Below are positions 37,921-64,000 of a DNA stretch of 64,000 nucleotides, in pieces. The translations under genes and the position numbers were made by a program. Position 1 is the stretch's first letter, and each line of letters opens with the position of its first letter. Origin of the DNA: Octopus sinensis (lineage: Eukaryota); the NCBI RefSeq assembly GCF_006345805.1, contig NC_043015.1:13702001-13766000 (forward strand), written 5' to 3'. The notes beneath the pieces were generated by a model. That model did no database searches. It had not been told where the DNA came from and saw nothing but the letters and a program-made list of their open reading frames with translations.

Positions 37921-40276
37921 TACTCCCAATACATCATTGAAACCTAATGTTTCACTGTTCTTCATACTTCCTGAAGCATGTCTACTCACATGTAAAACAT
38001 CAGAAGTATTGATGAAGAGCATGTAGTTTTCAGTCTAGATAAAACTGGCTTGTTCAATCCACTTAATAAGCTAAGATAGACATGTACCATAATTTATCTT
38101 TGCTGTTTTTTGAAATCGTTGTTGCAATTTCAAAAATTTAGGCAAATAAATTAATGTGAAAACTATTAATACTTTAACTGCCACATGTACCACCAGTGGT
38201 TCATGACAGACTTCTCACAACCAACACACCCACCATATGATACATTTTCATAATTTGAGAAAGTATTTCATTCTGTATCTTTGACATGGTTTCAAGGATT
38301 TTTAAATAACATGAGAGCTAAATATTAAAGTTTAATAATGAAAAGATTTTTAAAGTCAAAAACAATTACATTTTCTTGTAATTAAACAGTATGCATTGTG
38401 ATTGGAAATATGTGGTGCCACTGGTTAGTTTCAGTAACAGGCCATGGGGGTTAACATATTAAATCATTGTTCCATAAAAATATTTTTTTTTACATACAAA
38501 ACCAAATATTTTTTAAGTATCATTAAAGATAGTATATTTTAAATCTATAAAATTCAAGTACATTGTAACATTTCTGGTAAGAATTAAAACTAACAAAACA
38601 TATTTATACTTTTTTTCACTTGAGTTTCTTGTTGAACATTTAATATCAATCTGATTTTTTCTTTTTTAAATTATAGATGTGTGATTTCAGTTGTTATTTT
38701 GATATGAAAATGCTGAAGATTTTTTTTTTTTGTTTCTTATTTTTATACAAAGACTCAAATGATTTGTTTTATAAATAATAAAGTATCTGATAAATGCTTC
38801 CAATCAGTTCTATTGTATTGTTGTTTTCTGTAAAACTATTTTGAATGTGCCACTTTAAAAACTATATATTTCAAACAAGAATCTAGCTGGACAGGTATTG
38901 TGCTGATAAAGGGAAATAACCCAGAAATCACGATACACAGATATTGGTTTGTGCTAAGTGGGGATGCTAAACTCCCTTGTTCGAAAATATAAGGACACAG
39001 ATAGTGTGTCATATAACCAGCTGAAGACAATGTTTCGTGGGGTTAAATAGCAGTAGCATTTGTCCTAACCAGGACTGCCACATTATGTTGGCAAATAATC
39101 TTTATTCTAGAGTACTGTTACTGATTGTCTCTCATTGGAGAGATTTACAATTAGTAATTTTCTATTTTATTTTAATTTCCTTGGGAGCATGTCTTGAACT
39201 AGTTTTATTTCATTCTCATCATTAATGTTCTTGAGAACGATATGAATGTCACAAAATCCCATTTTCCATCCCATGTCTCTAATAAAAATAACCTTTATTA
39301 TTGTGTATGAAGAGTAACATACTACCCACTCTCTGTTTCATTTCATTCAAGACTTAATATAAATATTAGACATCATAAATTAATACTTATAATGTCTCAT
39401 ATCTAAACATCATACAAATTACACTGTGTCCCCACCATTTTTTTTTTTTTTTTTGAGTTGGGGAGAAGATCAGTAACTATTATATTCTATTTGCCTCTAT
39501 CTAGAAATCAAAGGAAATTATTATTATTCCCTTCAAACTTTGCTTTTGTGACCATTTTGAAACTCACCTATTTTCCATTACATTTCAGACAGATTCAGCA
39601 CTGAGCTGCTGAAGCAGAAATATCAATATAGCAAATATTCTGCTCAATACAACAAATTTACTTGTCAGTTGCTTGACCTTAACCACTTGAGCATGTCCCT
39701 TAGTGGCTGATATGTGCATCTCTGATCATGAGCAGGAGTAGTGGAGGAATATTATAACCATGTGTTGCGAGGGTTTCTTTTGGGTTTGAATAAATGTAAG
39801 AAAAGCAAAGATTGAAGGAAATATTAGCCATTTTTCATACTTTCTAGGGGCAAGCAAAAAGAAAATAACAGCTGCTACCCAAGGACAAAAATTGTGTCAG
39901 ACAGTGTTATTGATCTTTGAACAGTCATCCCAGTGATTCTTTTCAAAAGCAACAAACTTTTTTTGAGATGATATTCAATACTGATTACAAATTTTGGCAC
40001 AAGTCCAGTAATTTCAGGGGAGGAAGCCAGTCAGTTATGTCAACCCCAATGTTCAACTGGCACTTATTTTATCAACTCCAGAAGGATGAAAAACAAAGTT
40101 AACCGCCATTGTATCATTTCAATGGAAAGTACATTAAAAATGTGTTGCAAATTCACTTTACCTCTCGTCAATACCCTTGTGCATGTCATAGGCAATTACT
40201 GTTATTTCCTTAATAAATTAAACCTTAAGATAAAATAAAAAGCTAATATGTGTATCCTATAAAGGGCATTTGTATT

Positions 40277-40475
40277 TAACATTTAAACCAGTCATATCCA
40301 GCCCAAATATGCTACCTGTGTTATTGTTCAAACTGGACTGATCAAGGTTTTCGTACCTACCCTACAATGTCATTCTAAAAATAAACAGTCACATCATCAA
40401 AATCTCAAAGCTACAAGATAATGCATGATTAATCCAAAACAATCTGATTAAACAATCTGAATGCTAAAGGGTTAA
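40277..40475. mobile_element. Possible second piggyBac-type MITE, left end degraded
   Basis: Right end GAATGCTAAAGGG-TTAA; no clean left TIR. Confidence 0.4.
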
Positions 40476-40499
40476 TATTGGAAGTCTGTATTTCATATA

Positions 40500-40683
40500 T
40501 AAGGGGGTGCTGAAAAGTTTCTGGCTTTAAGGGTATCACAAAAGGCCTGGTTCTTTTATAGGACTAAGAAAAACTGAAGGACCACTGCAATAAGTGTGTG
40601 AATCTGAGAAGAGAATATGTTGAACAAAATCATAATCCTATATTTTCTTTTACTCAAAGCCAGGAACTTTTCAGCACCCCTCG
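40500..40683. mobile_element. Mariner-derived MITE (~184 bp)
   Basis: GGGGTGCTGAAAAGTTTCTGGCTTT ... AAAGCCAGGAACTTTTCAGCACCCC terminal inverted repeats with TA flanks. Confidence 0.82.
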
Positions 40684-41515
40684 TATAGGTTATTCTTTTA
40701 CTTGTTTCAGTCATTTGACTGTGGCCATGCTGGAACACCGTCTTGAAGGTTTTAGTTGAATAATCGACTCCAGGACTTATTTTTTAAGCCTTAGTAGTTG
40801 TTCTATTGGTCTCTTTTACTGAACCACTCTGTTATGGAAATGTAAACACACCAGTACCAGTTGTCAAGCAGTGGTGGTGGGACAAACACATATATATACA
40901 TACATATATATATATACAACAGGCTTCTTTCAGTTTCCATTTGCCAAATCCACTCACAAGGCTATAGTAGAAGACACTTGCCCAAGATGCCACACAGTGG
41001 GACTGAACCCAGAATCATGTGGTTGGAAAGCAAGTTTCTTACCACACATCTATGACTGTGCCATAAAGGTTTTTTGAAGATAAATAACAATACTAACGTA
41101 TGTCAAGTTTAGTGAATAGTATTCAGCTAGAAGTATTTTTCACTCTTGTGGTCAAAGAATTTGTCCTGGGTAATTTTAAAGGAATAGATATTTAAAGGAT
41201 TAATTTGAGGTTATAATCTCAAATTGTTCTATAGTTTCAGAGAGAAATCAATATTTAACTTGGTAGATTCTGTATCAGATTCTTCATCTGTCAGTAAATT
41301 GACCACATACCACTCCCCAAAATATATGGCCTTGTTGCTAGCTTAAATATTTATATTATTTAGGTGATCCCAGCCTTTCAGCCTTTCCCAGTTTGAGGAA
41401 GATGATGTGGCAGTGACATGACTAATAGAGAAACAAGGGGAGTGGCCACTCCCCCAACCCCTGCCGAGTACATTTTTTCAAAATTAATACTTTTTCAACA
41501 ATTTTGTTTTAACTC

Positions 41516-41521
41516 TTTATT
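41516..41521 (-). terminator. Candidate polyadenylation signal AATAAA for FAM166C
   Basis: Minus-strand AATAAA about 300 nt after the stop codon; common hexamer in AT-rich DNA. Confidence 0.35.
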
Positions 41522-41820
41522 TCACCTGTGCAATAAAAGTCAATTCTCTTTTTTTTTTATGTTAATCACATGGTCTTTTTTTTTATGTTAATCACTTTCT
41601 GGAGCCATTACTTTAATTGACCAATCTTCCAGTTTCTGAACTGTCTGCTCATTGTCCTGTGATGTGTTGGCTGCTAACATCTGATGAATCAAAACAAACG
41701 CTGACGTCATAACTTCTCGACACTGAACGATCCTGTGGAGTTTCATCTTTTTCACATCACATCTATATCAGTAGTTGTAAGTTTTATACATAGTGACATT
41801 GTTACTGAAACCTAGGAACC

Positions 41821-60409
<18,589 letters not shown>

Positions 60410-60604
60410 TTCAATGGCATCAAACGAAACCGACTAAAAATACGTTAATCGTTAGAGAGATCCAAGCCAACCGCTGTCCTTGGGAAAAAATTTCTTGCCA
60501 GGATGAACATAGATCGAAAGGTGAAACGAGTTCTAGTTTTCAATCGAAAACTGATTTCAGTTGTGTTTGTTATTTTTTGTTATTGTTGTTATTCATAATA
60601 GGAT

Positions 60605-60645
60605 TGTTTACATGAAACTAAGCAAAACTGGTTACTATTGGTTAC
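60605..60645. promoter_or_regulatory. Candidate ciliary-gene promoter elements upstream of FAM166C: forkhead-type site TGTTTAC plus RFX X-box
   Basis: Minus strand 60645-60631 reads GTAACC-AAT-AGTAAC, fitting GTNRCC(N0-3)RGYAAC. TGTTTAC starts at 60605, overlapping a second X-box-like GTTTACATGAAAC. About 200-240 bp upstream of the ATG in a locally CpG-richer patch. Confidence 0.55.
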
Positions 60646-61464
60646 CAGACTCACATCGACAGTTTCCGATCTTTACCGGAATCAACGCTTCCTACCTCTC
60701 TATTGAGGAGAGCAAATATGGCTGCATAGAGCTGTCGAATCCAACTGTGTTGGCAGCGTTTATGTTATTGTTGTTGTTGTCGTCGTCGCTGCAACTGATT
60801 TCACTATCTCACATTTTCCCTTTCGGTTTTACTACTTTAATCGGTGAGTTGACTTTGTACACTTTTCATTCTGTAACATTGTTATCATTTACTATACATA
60901 TCTATATAGATATATATATATATGTATATATATATATGTATGTATATATATCATCCGCGACATTAAGATGGCTGGTGCTCTTTCCTTAATTCCAAAACTG
61001 ACCATCGTAGCTTATACATTAGTTTGATAACGTCTTATATTTAGTCACTATGTAAAAAGTTTGCTGAAATGGCGAAGCCTACACTAATATCAATGGTAAT
61101 GATGTATATTTATTACGAGTACCAACCGTATGAGGGATTTCTCCTCATCACAGATTGCTCTGTTTATCTTAACGGATAATATGTTTCCCTTTTGGGAACC
61201 TAATATTTTTTAAAGACAACTGAATAAAATGTTGGGCTATCATCAATCTAAAGCTGTTATGTTGTAATGAACATACTGAAGCATTTATCACCGGTGCTGT
61301 TTCTGCTGATGTTGAACTTGTGTGTTTATTGCCACTGGCTTTGAATGAACGGTGTGAACTTATTCCGCTACAGAACTGTCTCCCTGCCTTCATTTTGTGG
61401 ATTGTTCTTCGGTTTTCATTGACACAAAAGTTTATTTTCTTATATGTGTTCGACCTCCCTTTAT

Positions 61465-61495
<31 letters not shown>

Positions 61496-63374
61496 AACGT
61501 AAATATGAATGGGATATATATATATATATAGATATAAGATTTACTCTCTCTCTCTCTATATATATATATATATGTGTGTGTATGAATATGTGTGTGTGTA
61601 TCGTATACTGGGCCTTAGTGTTTGTACAGTTTTTATTCTCCTAAATGATTCATTATTATTCTTGTCTCTGAGCTGTGTTGATCCTTTTTCTGATCATGGT
61701 CATTTCACTCAAAATATAGTGAAAAAGGAAATCAAATTTACAAAATAAGTCAGTATTTTGTTCATTTAACACCTTATAAATACACTCGAACCCTTATCTT
61801 TTATCTGTCTTCTCAATTCAGTGATATTCTTTTAAATTAGAATTTGCGACTAAGTTTTCAAAATGTGTTTGTTATACAGTAAATATACTGTCGTTCCGTT
61901 CTTGCTAACAAGTAGCACCCCTTTTCGTATAAAGAGCTCCACCCAACATTTAATGTTTGATTTGAAATCAATGTAGAAGCATTTAAGTTCAAAATTACTG
62001 TCATCCTTTTGGCGTGTTTCTGTTGTCTTATATTCTAGTAATATTGTCTTAGTGTATCTTTCCTTTTTGATGGTGTCGAGGGTGGAGGCCTAGATTCAGT
62101 TTAGAAAGAAAGGGATGATTTTAATATTTTGGAATTTTAAAAATTATTGCATTTTACCTCCTAAGTAAAAAAATTTCTCATTAACTGATAACATAAAATT
62201 GGGTGTCATCCTCCCAGCTTGTTGCATATTTTAAAAATATGTAATTTTGTTTGGATTTTTCTTTCTTTTACACTATCTTGGTTCATTTCATTTCCACGTT
62301 TCCATACTATTATGGAGTATAATTGAAATATTTTGTCGTTTTCCCTTCTTTACATACTCACCACTCCCTTGTTTTAAACTTTTTTTTATTCATCTATCTA
62401 TTTGTATGGGTCTATATGTTTCTAGAACTGATGATTTAAGGGTGAAATGCCCTTTCCAGCAACAACCATTTTAACTTAAGGGAGACTGGTACACATTTTT
62501 TCCATGTGTGATTAATTGCCTTGTAAATTTGTGGCTAACACCCACATTATATTATATTCCGTTTACATTTTAGTTCATCACACTGCTCTTATTTTCACTT
62601 GATCTCTTCATATATTCATTCATACTGTTGAACTCTTCTTGATCATCTGATATTTCCAGCTCTCAATTTTCTTCCCTCAAGAGATCAGAAACTTGCTTAT
62701 TTCCACGATTTTCAATAAGTTACCATGAAAATATTTCATATTTAACTTTTGATATCTGATTAGTTGTGTTTATTATATCATTACTCATTCTATTCTGTGT
62801 CAAAGTTCAATTTATGAATGGACAGACATAAATACATATGTGTGTGTATATGTCACTTATAAGGATATATGAGTATTTTCAGATTGTCTGAGCATTTGTT
62901 TAAGTTTTTTCTTTAGATTTAGGCTCTCTAATTACTGAAAGCTAAAAGGATCCCCTGCATTTTTACTAGTTTCCCTTATAACTGACCATGTTATGTATCT
63001 TTTGACAAGTGATGCTACAGTTATAAACTTTGAAATTTTTTTTATTTATCATCTGTATATTTGGATTTCAAAACATTAATAGTGAGGAGTCTAGTCTTAA
63101 AAGCCATTCTAGAGAATTTCAATATTTTCCATCAGAGTAGCCTGAAATAAAATTGTTCGTTAGTGGTAATGCTCTCATTTCATAAAATGGTTAGTATTTC
63201 CCTCAGATATCTCTGGTAGGAGACTAAATTTATATGCTGTTTTAATTGTGCATGGCTGTATTGTAAAAACTGCTTTCTAACCACACGATTTCAATCCCAT
63301 TGTGTGGAACTTGGGTAACTGTCTTTTACTATAGCCTTGGGCTGACCAAGGCAGACAGAAACTTAAAGAAGCCA

Positions 63375-63382
63375 TATATATA

Positions 63383-63434
<52 letters not shown>

Positions 63435-63871
63435 GTTATATATATATATATTATATATATATATATAATATATATAATATATATATATACATATATATAA
63501 TGTATGTATGTATAATATATATGTATGTATGTATATATATATATATAATGTATGTATGTATATATATAATGTATGTATGTATGTATGTATATATATAATG
63601 TATGTATGTATTATATATATATAATGTATGTTATATATATATAATGTATGTATGTATATATATAATGTATGTATATATATATAATGTATGTATATTATAT
63701 ATATATATAATGTATGTATATATATATAATGTATGTATATATATATATTATGTATGTATATATATATATTATATGTATGTATGTATATAATATATATGTA
63801 TGTATATATATATATATATATATGTATGTATATATATATAATGTATGTATATATATATGTCTGTATGTATG

Positions 63872-63946
<75 letters not shown>

Positions 63947-64000
63947 CTGTATGTATATATAATATATGTATGTATGTATATATAATATATGTATGCATGT
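63375..64000. repeat. Compound (TA)n/(TATG)n satellite running off the window end
   Basis: Direct reading; recurring tatataatgtatgta unit. Confidence 0.95.

Noticed and set aside
41593-41746. ~50-codon minus-strand ORF (MKLHRIVQCREV...APESD) after the FAM166C stop
   Set aside because: Weak acceptor, no recognisable homology; most simply 3' UTR

Overview
AT-rich, repeat-dense animal genomic DNA, not prokaryotic. The SINE/LINE families and long (TA)n/(AAT)n microsatellites look like an octopus/coleoid cephalopod genome (inference). Nearly all ORFs in the supplied track are microsatellite or repeat noise. Reading splice sites by hand gives two complete, convergent (tail-to-tail) spliced genes. 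(1) A 7-exon calcium- and integrin-binding (CIB1/CIB4-type) EF-hand gene on + (ATG 13719, stop 36399, 187 aa), with a probable GC-AG intron 4. (2) A 4-exon FAM166C/CIMIP2C (C2orf70) ciliary microtubule inner protein gene on - (ATG 60409, stop 41821, 188 aa). As I recall, human CIB4 and C2orf70 are also adjacent and convergent, so this looks like very ancient microsynteny; both promoters carry RFX X-box-like motifs. The rest is decayed mobile DNA: RTE, CRE-type and CR1-type LINEs, a Gypsy gag, mariner/Tc1 elements, a piggyBac-type MITE, Penelope-like pieces and several tRNA-type SINE families. Seven minimal hammerhead-ribozyme-like motifs are also present, mostly degenerate, including a tandem pair. 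Repeat boundaries are approximate. Homology statements rest on recalled sequences, not on database searches.
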